Origin: an uncultured Candidatus Saccharibacteria bacterium
GTDB lineage: Bacteria > Patescibacteriota > Minisyncoccia > Phycocordibacterales > Zambryskibacteraceae
Length of the DNA stretch: 55,533 nucleotides
NCBI GenBank assembly: GCA_964582295.1
Contig: CAZOQP010000003.1
Span: 1-55,533 of the forward strand
Direction of reading: 5' to 3'
Both the position numbers and the translations under genes were made by a program. The notes below the pieces were generated by a model. It did not search any database, was not told where the DNA came from, and saw nothing but the letters and a program-made list of their open reading frames with translations. Of this stretch, positions 7,982 through 18,036 are shown piece by piece (within the stretch, counting starts at the first letter, position 1; each line of letters begins with the position of its first letter).

Positions 7982-10900
7982 ATGAGCAAATTCTCCCACC
8001 TCCACGTTCATAGCCACTACTCCCTTCTTCAGGCACTGCCGCAGATACCGGACCTTGTGGCCCGTGCCGCGAAATACGAAATGTCTGCACTCGCTCTCAC
8101 GGATTCCGGAAATATGTACGGAGCAATTGAGTTCTACAAAGAATGCAAAGCACACAATATAAAACCCATCATCGGTATTGATGCGTACAAAGCCATAAGA
8201 GGAAGGAAAGACAAACAAGCTGGAGTGGACGCCGCACGAAGCCGCGTGGTGCTTCTTGCGGAGAATGAGACGGGTTATAAAAATCTGATGCAGATAGTTA
8301 CTAAAAGCCACCTGGAAGGTTTTTATTACAAGCCGCGGGTGGATGACGAACTTCTGGAAACACATCACGAAGGTCTTATCGCCGTAAGCCCCGCACTTGG
8401 CGGCGACATAGGAAAGGCCTTGAGGCGTGGCGACGTGGAGAGAGCAGAGGAAATAACCGCCTGGTATCTAAAAACTTTCGGTGTACATAATTTCTTTCTG
8501 GAGATTACAAAGCATCCGGAACTCCGCGGCCACGATGAGAGCATGGCGGCGCTCGCTGGTTTCGCTAAAAGCAAAGGGGTGCCGATACTCGCGGGCCACG
8601 ACATTTATTATCTGGACCCGGAAGACAAGCCGGCTCGCGACACCATGCTTTCCATTCAGCAGGCACCCGACCGTTTTGACGAAAGTGTCACCGACGAGGA
8701 TGAGGATTTTTCTTTCATCTCGCCCGAGGAGATGGAAAAAAGATTCTCTGATATGCCCGAAGCGCTTGATAACGCCCTTTCGGTTGCAGGGCGCTGCACT
8801 TTAGAGCTTGAACTTGGCAAGTGGGTATTCCCTCACATAGAAGCCAAAAAAAGTTTTGACGAGGACCTTAGGGAAATGGTGTACGAGGGTGCAAAGAAAC
8901 GCGGTATAGAAATAACTCCCGAGATAGAGAAGCGCATCCAGTACGAGCTTGGCATTATCACCGGGAAAAATTTCGCGCCGTATTTCATCGTGGTGGGAGA
9001 CTTGCTTCGTTTCGCTCACGAAAACGGGATATATACAAACATCAGAGGATCGGTTGCCGGTTCAATGGTGACATATCTAGCCGGAATAACCGACCTCAAT
9101 CCTATTGAATACGAACTCCCATTTGAAAGATTTCTGAACCCCGACCGACCATCTGCACCCGATATAGACATGGACTTTGCAGACGACAGACGCGATGAGG
9201 TCATTGAATATGCCCGCAAAAAATACGGAGAGGACAGGGTGGCGCAGATAGGAACTTTCGGAACCATGATGGCGAGAGGCGCCGTGCGCGACGTGGCGCG
9301 TGCCTTAGGTTTCCCCTACGGCAAGGGCGACGAGATAGCCAAGCTCATTCCCATGGGTTCCCAAGGTTTTCCTATGACAATAAAACGCGCCTTTGAAATG
9401 GTGCCGGAACTTCAGGATCTTTATAAGAAAGATGCGGAGGCCGCGCGCACTATTGATATGGCAAAAAAAATAGAAGGATGCGCGCGGCACATCTCCGTCC
9501 ATGCGGCGGGTGTTGTCATTTCTCCGGGGCCCATCACCGATTACACTCCTTTACAGTTTGATACAAAAGGCGAGGAAAAACTCATCACTCAATATGATAT
9601 GTATTCGGTTGAGGATGCCGGCCTTTTGAAATTTGATTTCTTGGGACTTCGCAACCTTTCTATCCTTGCCGATACAGTGGACAGAATACGCGCCATTGAA
9701 GGTAAGATAATAGATCCGCAAACGATACCCCTCAATGACAAAAAAACTTTTACCATGCTTTCGCGTGGCGACACTGAAGGCCTTTTTCAGCTGAACGGCG
9801 ATGCCATGACAAAGTTTTTGATGGAACTCCGCCCCACATCCGTTCACGACATAAACGCAATGGTGGCCCTTTACCGACCGGGCCCCATGCAATTCATTCC
9901 CGATTTCATTAGACGCAAACGCAATCCGGAAATAGTCACTTATCTTGACCCTGCATTGAAACCCATCCTTGAAAGAACGTACGGCATTTTGGTTTATCAG
10001 GACGACCTTCTGATGATCGCAAAAGATATAGCGGGATATTCTTGGGGTGAAGTGGACAAATTCCGCAAAGCTGTGGGAAAGAAAATCCCCGCAGAAATGG
10101 CCGCCCAAAAAGAAAAATTCATCAATGGGTGCGTGGAGCATTCAAAATGGCCCCTTCGCAAAGCCGAAGAATTATGGACATGGATAGAACCCTTCGCGGC
10201 CTACGGCTTCAACAAAGCCCACTCTGCGTCATATGGGCATGTGGCATACCAAACTGCCTATTTCAAAGCCAATTATCCGGCCATATATATGTCAGCAGTT
10301 CTCACTGCTGAATCCGGCGACACAGACACAGTTGCTTTATATATATCAGAGTGCGTGCGCATGAACATTCCTGTGTTGCCTCCGTCCATAAATGAATCTT
10401 TCGCCGGATTCAGCGTCGTGAGGGATCCCCAAGGGAAAGAGTCGGACAAGATACGCTTCGGTCTCACTACCATTAAAAATTTCGGCGAAGGCATAGCCCA
10501 GGCAATAGTCCGTGAAAGAAAGCGCGCCGGCCGCTTCACTTCCCTTTCTGATTTCCTTTCGCGTGTTACGGACAAGAACCTCAATAAAAAATCACTTGAA
10601 TCTTTGATAAAGGCCGGCGCGCTTGATGACTTTGATGAGCGAGGCCATATGCTCGCCAATATAGACACCCTTCTTGATTTTCATAAGGAAAAAATGCACG
10701 CAGGCGACGCACACTCTTCGCTTTTCGGTTCCATGCCTGGGGCAGATGAAGTGAAGCTCTCCTCCGCTCCGCCTGCCTCGGCAGATGAAAAACTTTCTTG
10801 GGAAAAAGATCTTCTCGGCCTCTACATTTCCGGACACCCTCTTGATAAATTCAAGGATAAACTTGAAGCTCGTTCAATGAACATAAAGAAAATCCTTTCA

Positions 10901-11161
10901 GACAGGCCGCGCGAGATGACCATAACTCTGGCAGGCCTCATTGAAGGTTTCCGTGAAGTCGTTACCAAAAAGAACGAACGCATGGCCTTCTTCACTTTAC
11001 GCGATCTGACAGGCGTCATTGAAACAGTAGTTTTTCCTAGCAACTACGAAGCCACAAAAAGCCATCTTATTGCGGACAAACCCGTTATCATTCTTGGCAA
11101 AGTCTCTCTCCGGAACGGCGAGACCTCGCTTATTTTGGATAAAATAAAACCCCTGGCGTAG
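7982..11161 (+). CDS. dnaE: DNA polymerase III alpha subunit
   Basis: PHP HLHVHSHYSLL, RGSVAGS, PDIDMDF, KFDFLGL, YGFNKAH, C-terminal OB fold. Confidence 0.97.
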   Translation: MSKFSHLHVHSHYSLLQALPQIPDLVARAAKYEMSALALTDSGNMYGAIEFYKECKAHNIKPIIGIDAYKAIRGRKDKQAGVDAARSRVVLLAENETGYKNLMQIVTKSHLEGFYYKPRVDDELLETHHEGLIAVSPALGGDIGKALRRGDVERAEEITAWYLKTFGVHNFFLEITKHPELRGHDESMAALAGFAKSKGVPILAGHDIYYLDPEDKPARDTMLSIQQAPDRFDESVTDEDEDFSFISPEEMEKRFSDMPEALDNALSVAGRCTLELELGKWVFPHIEAKKSFDEDLREMVYEGAKKRGIEITPEIEKRIQYELGIITGKNFAPYFIVVGDLLRFAHENGIYTNIRGSVAGSMVTYLAGITDLNPIEYELPFERFLNPDRPSAPDIDMDFADDRRDEVIEYARKKYGEDRVAQIGTFGTMMARGAVRDVARALGFPYGKGDEIAKLIPMGSQGFPMTIKRAFEMVPELQDLYKKDAEAARTIDMAKKIEGCARHISVHAAGVVISPGPITDYTPLQFDTKGEEKLITQYDMYSVEDAGLLKFDFLGLRNLSILADTVDRIRAIEGKIIDPQTIPLNDKKTFTMLSRGDTEGLFQLNGDAMTKFLMELRPTSVHDINAMVALYRPGPMQFIPDFIRRKRNPEIVTYLDPALKPILERTYGILVYQDDLLMIAKDIAGYSWGEVDKFRKAVGKKIPAEMAAQKEKFINGCVEHSKWPLRKAEELWTWIEPFAAYGFNKAHSASYGHVAYQTAYFKANYPAIYMSAVLTAESGDTDTVALYISECVRMNIPVLPPSINESFAGFSVVRDPQGKESDKIRFGLTTIKNFGEGIAQAIVRERKRAGRFTSLSDFLSRVTDKNLNKKSLESLIKAGALDDFDERGHMLANIDTLLDFHKEKMHAGDAHSSLFGSMPGADEVKLSSAPPASADEKLSWEKDLLGLYISGHPLDKFKDKLEARSMNIKKILSDRPREMTITLAGLIEGFREVVTKKNERMAFFTLRDLTGVIETVVFPSNYEATKSHLIADKPVIILGKVSLRNGETSLILDKIKPLA

Positions 11162-11203
11162 CAACACGTAGCCGAAAGCTCAAGAAAGCGCTAAAATAAC
11201 ACC

Positions 11204-12928
11204 GTGGCGGAAAACTCAGAACATATAAGGCATTCATTGGCGCATCTACTGGCAGCGGCTGTGTTGGAGCTTTTTCCTGATACAAAAAATACCATCGGCC
11301 CGGCCATAGAGAACGGTTTTTATTACGATTTTGAATTTTCCTCTCCCCTTCATGATGACGACCTACCGAAAATAGAAGCCAAAATGAAGGAGATATTGCC
11401 TTCGTGGAAAGAATTTTCCGCGCAAGAAGTTTCAGAAAAGGAAGCGAAAGAACATTTTGAAGGTAATCCGTACAAATTGGAGCTTATAGACGAAATAGTT
11501 TCAAAAGGAGAAAAAATTACCCTTTACACTTCCGGAAATTTTACGGACCTCTGCAGGGGGGGGCATGTTCAAAATATGGAAGATGTTGATCCTAATTCAT
11601 TCACTATAGACCGCCTGGCGGGCGCATATTGGCGCGGCGACGAGAAAAATAAAATGTTAACCCGCATATACGGACTGGCTTTTGATACGGAGGCCGGCCT
11701 CAAGGATTATCAGAAAATGCGAGAGGAAGCGGAGAAACGAGACCACCGGAAGCTCGGCCGCGAACTGGGGCTTTTCATGTTCCACGAAACATCTCCCGGC
11801 ATGCCTTATTGGCTGCCAAACGGCCTCATTCTTTACAACGAGCTCGTGAATTATTGGAGAGAGGAGCACACAAAGCTCGGATACAAAGAGATAGCGAGCC
11901 CGCTCGTGAACAAGGCGGAGCTTTGGAAAACATCCGGCCACTGGGATCACTACAAAGACGATATGTTTATCGCCGATATGGGCGAGAATGAAGTGTATGG
12001 AATAAAACCGATGAACTGCCCCAATGCCATGGTAGTTTTCAAATCCATGCAGATAAGCTACAAAGATCTGCCTTTCCGCCTTTCAGACACCGACCGCCTG
12101 CACCGCTATGAAAGATCGGGTGTTTTGAACGGGCTTTTGCGCGTGCGCTCTTTCCAGCAGGACGATTCCCACAATTTCATTTCCGAAGACATGATAGGAA
12201 GCGAATACAGGCACATTTTTGATATATGCGAAAAGTTCTATGCAATATTCGGATTGGATTATTCTTTCCGTCTCGGCACGAGGCCCGAAAGCTTTCTCGG
12301 GGAAAAATCTACATGGGATAAGGCCGAGAAAGTTTTGAAAGAGATACTGGATGCATCTCAAAGGAAATATTCCGTAGCAGAAGGAGATGGAGCTTTTTAC
12401 GGGCCGAAGGTGGACATTATTATGAAAGATTCACTTGGCCGCGAATGGCAAATGGGAACCATCCAGCTTGATTTCCAGCTACCTCAAAGATTTGAGCTTT
12501 ATTACACAGACAAGGATGGCTCGCGAAAAACCCCTGTAGTGGTTCACCGGGTTATATACGGCTCACTAGAGAGATTCATCGGCATTTTAATAGAGCATTG
12601 CGGAGGTGCCTTCCCTCTTTGGCTTTCCCCCGTGCAAGTAAAAATCCTCCCCATAGGAGAAGGACATTTTGAATATTCACGGAAAATCCTTGAGCATCTG
12701 AAAGAAGCCGGAGTTCGCGCAGAACTTGATCTATCAAATGAATCCCTCGGCAAGAAAGTGCGCAACGCAAAAACCGAAAAAATCCCCTATTGGCTCGTGA
12801 TCGGAGACAAAGAAATAGAAGCCAATGCGGTGGGAGTTGAATCCAGAGACCGCGGCCAGCTCGGAGGTAAATCTATTGATGAGTTTACCTCTATTCTCAA
12901 GGAAGAGATAAAAAGTAAAAGTTCATAA
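11204..12928 (+). CDS. thrS: Threonine--tRNA ligase (no N-terminal TGS domain)
   Basis: RHSLAH, DLCRGGH, RDHRKLG, KPMNCP, GAFYGPK, GSLERF. Confidence 0.97.
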   Translation: MAENSEHIRHSLAHLLAAAVLELFPDTKNTIGPAIENGFYYDFEFSSPLHDDDLPKIEAKMKEILPSWKEFSAQEVSEKEAKEHFEGNPYKLELIDEIVSKGEKITLYTSGNFTDLCRGGHVQNMEDVDPNSFTIDRLAGAYWRGDEKNKMLTRIYGLAFDTEAGLKDYQKMREEAEKRDHRKLGRELGLFMFHETSPGMPYWLPNGLILYNELVNYWREEHTKLGYKEIASPLVNKAELWKTSGHWDHYKDDMFIADMGENEVYGIKPMNCPNAMVVFKSMQISYKDLPFRLSDTDRLHRYERSGVLNGLLRVRSFQQDDSHNFISEDMIGSEYRHIFDICEKFYAIFGLDYSFRLGTRPESFLGEKSTWDKAEKVLKEILDASQRKYSVAEGDGAFYGPKVDIIMKDSLGREWQMGTIQLDFQLPQRFELYYTDKDGSRKTPVVVHRVIYGSLERFIGILIEHCGGAFPLWLSPVQVKILPIGEGHFEYSRKILEHLKEAGVRAELDLSNESLGKKVRNAKTEKIPYWLVIGDKEIEANAVGVESRDRGQLGGKSIDEFTSILKEEIKSKSS

Positions 12929-13008
12929 CTTATCTTTACAAAAACCCCTTCTGGCAGTATCTTTTATTACTGGAACCCGTAGTATCCCTCCAACGACAGG
13001 AGAAGGAC

Positions 13009-13230
13009 ATGAGACCTACAGTCGCGCTCGATGAGCAAAGCGTAAGACTCCTTGTGGTACATCTACAAGAAGGAGACGAGGTGGAATTGCGCTTTGGGGC
13101 GTTGACGACCCATACCGTACGTGCCGTGAAATGGTGCGCCGGGGAACAGAGGCAAATGATTCAACTGGAACACGGGACCTGGCACGAAGCCGAGCTCTTT
13201 CAAAAAAAGAGTGGGTCCATAATTTCGTAG
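13009..13230 (+). CDS. Hypothetical protein (73 aa)
   Basis: AGGAG/AGGA RBS, upstream TTTACA-17-TATCTT (12935-12963), downstream hairpin. Confidence 0.6.
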   Translation: MRPTVALDEQSVRLLVVHLQEGDEVELRFGALTTHTVRAVKWCAGEQRQMIQLEHGTWHEAELFQKKSGSIIS

Positions 13231-13238
13231 CGACAAGC

Positions 13239-13265
13239 AAAAGGGCTCCCAACTGGGAGCCCTTC
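13239..13265. terminator. Terminator between convergent genes
   Basis: aagggctccca-ac-tgggagccctt. Confidence 0.7.
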
Positions 13266-13271
13266 AACGTT

Positions 13272-15335
13272 TTATATATCCAAATTCGCGAGCTTGGCGT
13301 TTGATTGAATGAAGGATTTCCTTGCCGGCACATCTGTGCCCATTAAGATGTCAAAAACTTTGTCCGCCTCCTGTGCGTCTTCAACCGCTACCTGTTTCAA
13401 AATTCGGCGAGCAGGATCCATAGTGGTCTCCCATAACTCTCCGGAGTTCATTTCTCCCAAACCTTTGTAGCGCTGTATGGAGATTTTTTGTTTTTTAGAT
13501 TCTACAGCAGTTTTGTCAGTTTCCTCGCTTGTTTCTTCTTCGGACACTTCTTCTCCCACATCAACTACAGGAGCATCTTTTCCTACTATCTTATTTTTCT
13601 CTTCGTCAGAGTATGAGAAAAATATTTCCTTGCCTTTGTTTATCTTGTAAAGGGGCGGCTGGGCAATATACACATAACCACTGTCAATAAGCGGGCGGAA
13701 GAAGCGGTAAAGCAGTGTTAAAAGAAGAGTGCGAATGTGAGCGCCATCAACATCAGCATCTGTTGCAATGATTATTTTGTGGTAACGAAGCTTGGTGATA
13801 TCAAAAGTGTCGCCAATTGCCGTGCCGAGAGCCACTACCAAGTTTTTTATCTGCTCGGAGCCAAGCATGCGGTCAAGTCTTGCTCTTTCAATGTTCAATA
13901 TCTTGCCACGCAAGGGAAGCACTGCCTGAATACGGCGGTCTCTTCCCATTTTGGCCGTGCCGCCGGCTGAATCTCCTTCCACTATGAAAAGCTCCGATTC
14001 CTCTGCAGAAGAGGACTGGCAGTCTGCAAGCTTGCCAGGGAGTGTCATACCTTCCAATGCTCCCTTGCGAAGCACCGAGTCCTTGGCGGCTTTAGCTGCC
14101 TTGCGGGCGCGAAGAGCGAGTATTACCTTGCTTACAATGGCTCGTCCATCTTCCGGATGCTCCTCCAAAAACTCTGAAAACGCATCACCAAAGGCCGTTT
14201 CCACCATTGAGCGCGCCTCAACCGTTCCAAGCTTTGCTTTGGTCTGGCCTTCGAACTGTATGTCGCGAAGCTTCACGGAAATAACTGCAGTAAGACCTTC
14301 CAGCACATCGTCACCTGTAAAATTATCCTCGCTTTCCTTTACGATATTCCCCTTGCGCGCATAAGTGTTAAGTGTGCGGGTCAAAGCTGTTTTGAAGCCG
14401 GTTATATGTGTTCCCCCTTCGCCGTTGTATATGTTGTTCGCAAAAGGCAGGATGCGGGAAGAAATATCGTCCGCATATTGAAGCGCCACTTCCACCGACT
14501 CATATTCGTTCATCGGTTTCTCTATATAAAAAATATTTTTATGTATCGGCTTATGAATGGAATTCTGAAAACGCACAAGGGAAATAAGACCGCCCTCAAA
14601 ATAAAAACCGGTTGAAGGCACATCTAGGTCAAGATCGCGGATATAAAAAACTTCCGTGTCCGGTATCTTGCCGTCCCATTCGCGTGCATCTATAGCATTA
14701 ATGCGAAGTCCTTTCACTAAATATGCCTGCTGGCGCAGATGTTGAACCACCCGCGCGAAATCAAACTGGGTTTCCTGGAAAATAGTCGGGTCAGGAGAAA
14801 AAGTGACGATGGTTCCCTGACCTTTCGAAGCTCCGAGCTTCTTCACGGCCGCTTTTCTTTTACCTCTCTCGTAACTCTGGAAAAATTCCCCTCCGTCGCG
14901 GTGCACCACCACGGACATGTCCGTGGAAAGAGCGTTCACTACGGAGGCACCCACTCCGTGCAAACCACCCGAAACTTTATACCCTTCGCCGCCGAACTTT
15001 CCGCCAGCGTGAAGGGTTGTCATGATAGTTTCCAAAGCGGAAACCTTAGTCTGCTTGTGAGTGTCCACAGGAATACCTCGGCCGTTGTCCGCTATACGCA
15101 CCCGGTTTCCGGGCAAAAATACCACCTCTATTTCATTTGCAAAACCGCCCATGGCTTCATCGCGGCCGTTATCAAATATCTCCCAGATAAGGTGATGAAG
15201 GCCGTCAGGGCCGGTGGTGCCAATATACATACCCGGGCGCTTGCGAACCGGGTCTAGACCCTCAAGGACGGTGATATCCTCCGCGCTGTATGAGCCGTTC
15301 TTTTTGATCTCTTTTTTTGTCTTCTCTTCCGCCAT
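13272..15335 (-). CDS. gyrB: DNA gyrase subunit B (type IIA topoisomerase B subunit)
   Basis: VRKRPGMYIG, DNGRGIP, GGLHGVG, EGDSAGG, PLRGKILN, DADVDG, QRYKGLGEM. Confidence 0.93.
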   Translation of the reverse strand: MAEEKTKKEIKKNGSYSAEDITVLEGLDPVRKRPGMYIGTTGPDGLHHLIWEIFDNGRDEAMGGFANEIEVVFLPGNRVRIADNGRGIPVDTHKQTKVSALETIMTTLHAGGKFGGEGYKVSGGLHGVGASVVNALSTDMSVVVHRDGGEFFQSYERGKRKAAVKKLGASKGQGTIVTFSPDPTIFQETQFDFARVVQHLRQQAYLVKGLRINAIDAREWDGKIPDTEVFYIRDLDLDVPSTGFYFEGGLISLVRFQNSIHKPIHKNIFYIEKPMNEYESVEVALQYADDISSRILPFANNIYNGEGGTHITGFKTALTRTLNTYARKGNIVKESEDNFTGDDVLEGLTAVISVKLRDIQFEGQTKAKLGTVEARSMVETAFGDAFSEFLEEHPEDGRAIVSKVILALRARKAAKAAKDSVLRKGALEGMTLPGKLADCQSSSAEESELFIVEGDSAGGTAKMGRDRRIQAVLPLRGKILNIERARLDRMLGSEQIKNLVVALGTAIGDTFDITKLRYHKIIIATDADVDGAHIRTLLLTLLYRFFRPLIDSGYVYIAQPPLYKINKGKEIFFSYSDEEKNKIVGKDAPVVDVGEEVSEEETSEETDKTAVESKKQKISIQRYKGLGEMNSGELWETTMDPARRILKQVAVEDAQEADKVFDILMGTDVPARKSFIQSNAKLANLDI

Positions 15336-15470
15336 ATAAACAAGAAAGGAGAGGAAATTGACCCTCTGCCAGTCATCCAATTATAGCAAATCCATGGCGA
15401 AAAATAAAGCTTAAATCGGAAAACCTTCACGGCGGAGTGGCCTCTTTTTGGAGAGGCCACAATCGTAGCT

Positions 15471-16049
15471 TTACTGGCTCAAAAATATGGCGAGTTTCCT
15501 CCAGTTTTTCCGGAAGGTATCTATGTCCACGAACCTGTTCTCACCGCCCCCTTCCTTGTCGTAAGGATCATGATAATGGAGGCCTTGGATCTTTTCGCCG
15601 TCTCTCTCAAAACCCGTCACAAGCATGAGGTGCGGCTTGTCTTTTTCTTTCCAGTTCTTTATGCCGGATACAATAACGGGTCTTTCCTCTTCTATCTCTC
15701 GAACGATTTTCAATATGCCCCGTTCAATATGCTCTTTTTCATACGGGCTTACCGCGAATTCTTTTGTGGCAGTCTTCACCTTTACGCTCCTGAACTCTTC
15801 TGCATATGCGCCCACATTATGATTGCGAAGCGTTGCCACAAGACCGAAATGCGTCCACCCGGTGCCGGCAATGTATCCGCCTATAATGGTCTGCCCTTCC
15901 GCCAAAAGATCTATGAGTGCGGCACTCTCCCCGTGAGCAAATTCAATAAACATCTTTACGCACGCCATACCGCACGCTCTCGAAAGCCCCTCCTTGTTTT
16001 GGAACAGGTCTCCTTGCGAAACATACGGAATATCCAAAACTTTTTTCAT
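15471..16049 (-). CDS. C39-like papain-fold cysteine peptidase
   Basis: IPYVSQ, RACGMAC, HLMLVTG, HDP motifs. Confidence 0.8.
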   Translation of the reverse strand: MKKVLDIPYVSQGDLFQNKEGLSRACGMACVKMFIEFAHGESAALIDLLAEGQTIIGGYIAGTGWTHFGLVATLRNHNVGAYAEEFRSVKVKTATKEFAVSPYEKEHIERGILKIVREIEEERPVIVSGIKNWKEKDKPHLMLVTGFERDGEKIQGLHYHDPYDKEGGGENRFVDIDTFRKNWRKLAIFLSQ

Positions 16050-16148
16050 TTTTTTATTATATTTTTAAGGAGTATAACCGCAAAACACCCGCTCTAGATT
16101 TTGATTAAGCTTCGATTGTACCAGTTTTCGGAAGTGAGGGAAAGCTGT

Positions 16149-16724
16149 TCAGTATTTGCCAAGTTCATTGATGAGGTTCTGGGAATTGCGGAGATCTGAC
16201 CGGTCTTTAGGAATCTCAACCACATAGCGGTGTTCCTTAAGATCATCCACTATCCTTCCGTAGCCAACAATATCCCGAAAAGGCATACTACTGTCTAAGT
16301 CTTCTATGACGACCATACCCTTGTAGGATTTCCCTGAAGCATGAAGGATCTTCCCATCACCCATATACATGCCTACGTGGCTCGGTCTTTCCCTCTCCGG
16401 GTCGGTTTGAGAAAAGACGAAATCTCCGAAACGCAGTTCGTTCCTCTCTACCTTTTTAGCAAATGCCCACTTCTCTTTCGCCAAGCTCGGCATCCAAACT
16501 CCGGCAAATGTGTAGAGATAGCTCAACAACGAGGAACAACTAAAAAAATTAGGGGCATCTTCGCGCATAGATGTGTGGAATTTATACTCTTTGCTCAATG
16601 TTTCCGGAATACGAGCCTTTAATGCCGATTCAACCTCAACCTCTTCAAACTTTAAGCCTGATTTTTTGAGCGCATCCTCGCTCACTTCTTTTTTCCCCAG
16701 CCCAACTAGATAGACCCACGCCAT
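16149..16724 (-). CDS. NlpC/P60 (C40) family peptidase
   Basis: FSCSSLLSYLY, GDFVF, SHVGMYMGDGKILHAS. Confidence 0.85.
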   Translation of the reverse strand: MAWVYLVGLGKKEVSEDALKKSGLKFEEVEVESALKARIPETLSKEYKFHTSMREDAPNFFSCSSLLSYLYTFAGVWMPSLAKEKWAFAKKVERNELRFGDFVFSQTDPERERPSHVGMYMGDGKILHASGKSYKGMVVIEDLDSSMPFRDIVGYGRIVDDLKEHRYVVEIPKDRSDLRNSQNLINELGKY

Positions 16725-16728
16725 GACC

Positions 16729-17868
16729 TTACCGAAGTTCGCCCTTAAACTCACTCTTTGTCACTTCTTCGACTCGTGAGTGGATAGCATTCACCTCCTC
16801 GCTCAAAAGTGTTTTCCCGAGGTCGCGATATGTAATGCGAAAAGTGTAGCTTTCCCTGTCGGGGCCAAACTTTTGAACATTTTCATATTTGTCTAGAAGT
16901 TCCACTTGTTCAACCTGATCTCCTCCAATGTCGCGGATGAGATCAAAGTAATCGTTCAGCACAAAGCCCGCAGCTGGCGGACCGACGACAAAAGAAATAT
17001 CACGGATAGCCGGCGGGAATTTAGAGACTTCTTTGTATTTATGCCCTAGGAAAAGCTGCTTCTTCACCCGCGGATCCTCTGACCACAAAAGTCGTATATC
17101 CGGAAGATCCATAGAGGCCATGGCTAGTCGTTCTAGGCCAAAACCGAACGCCCAGCCGTGATACCCCTCCACCCCGAAATTAGCGAGCACTGATTTTCTA
17201 GCCATACCACTACCAAGCATTTCAAACCACCGACCGCCAACCTCTGCTTCCATTTCAAAAGATGGATCAGTATAGGGAAAATTATGATCATAGAAGCGAT
17301 AGTTGATCTTCCCGAAGATGCTTTCCGCAACTTCCGAAAGTGTCTTTTTCAGATCATCTGGGGTGATAGTCACTTTTTCATCGGGCCCGATGTAAAGACC
17401 GCCGAATTGATGGAAAACGTTCATGTGACTACGATCGATCTCATCTTTGCGATAAACCTTGCCATAGCAGATGATGCCGAGCGTCTCCTTGTTTTCAATC
17501 CGCTTCTTTATTTCTGGAAGGTTTAGGTAGTAATACCAAAAGACCGTGTCGTGAGTCCTTAAGACATGAGTATCATCAACATAGTACGTGTCAGAAGGAC
17601 TTCGCGCTGGGTGGCCTGGTGGCATATTGAAAAGATCGAAGAGGATGTTTGTCGGCACGATTTCCGGTATTTCAATAAGATCGAATCCTTTCAAACTCTC
17701 AACAGAAGAGGCATGATCCACAATTTCTTTGAGCGGGCTACCGGAAGTTCTAGAAAGATCAGGCAAATCAAGAAAGCGCTTTATGCGTTCACTTGCCGGA
17801 TCATGCTTCTTGGAGAGTTCCCTCTTGAGAGCCTCTTCCTCTGGGAGCGGTACTGAATAAATGGCCAT
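16729..17868 (-). CDS. pheS: Phenylalanine--tRNA ligase, monomeric organellar-type (alpha catalytic domain plus ferredoxin-fold anticodon-binding domain)
   Basis: HPARSPSDTYY, YRKDEIDRSH, FPYTDPSFE, GWAFGFGLERLAM, then SKFPPAIRDISF...RITYR. Confidence 0.9.
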   Translation of the reverse strand: MAIYSVPLPEEEALKRELSKKHDPASERIKRFLDLPDLSRTSGSPLKEIVDHASSVESLKGFDLIEIPEIVPTNILFDLFNMPPGHPARSPSDTYYVDDTHVLRTHDTVFWYYYLNLPEIKKRIENKETLGIICYGKVYRKDEIDRSHMNVFHQFGGLYIGPDEKVTITPDDLKKTLSEVAESIFGKINYRFYDHNFPYTDPSFEMEAEVGGRWFEMLGSGMARKSVLANFGVEGYHGWAFGFGLERLAMASMDLPDIRLLWSEDPRVKKQLFLGHKYKEVSKFPPAIRDISFVVGPPAAGFVLNDYFDLIRDIGGDQVEQVELLDKYENVQKFGPDRESYTFRITYRDLGKTLLSEEVNAIHSRVEEVTKSEFKGELR

Positions 17869-18036
17869 TCGGCTATTTTACCCTGTCTTTGACCCAAAAT
17901 CTAAAGGATAAAGATTTCTCTCTAATGAGGAATATTTCGTTATCAAGTAGGACAAAAGGTGCTTAGCGAGAAGGTAAGGCACCTTGCCATAACCCGTCTT
18001 TTCTTATACTCTATGTAGCGATCGCCTAGAATCTCT

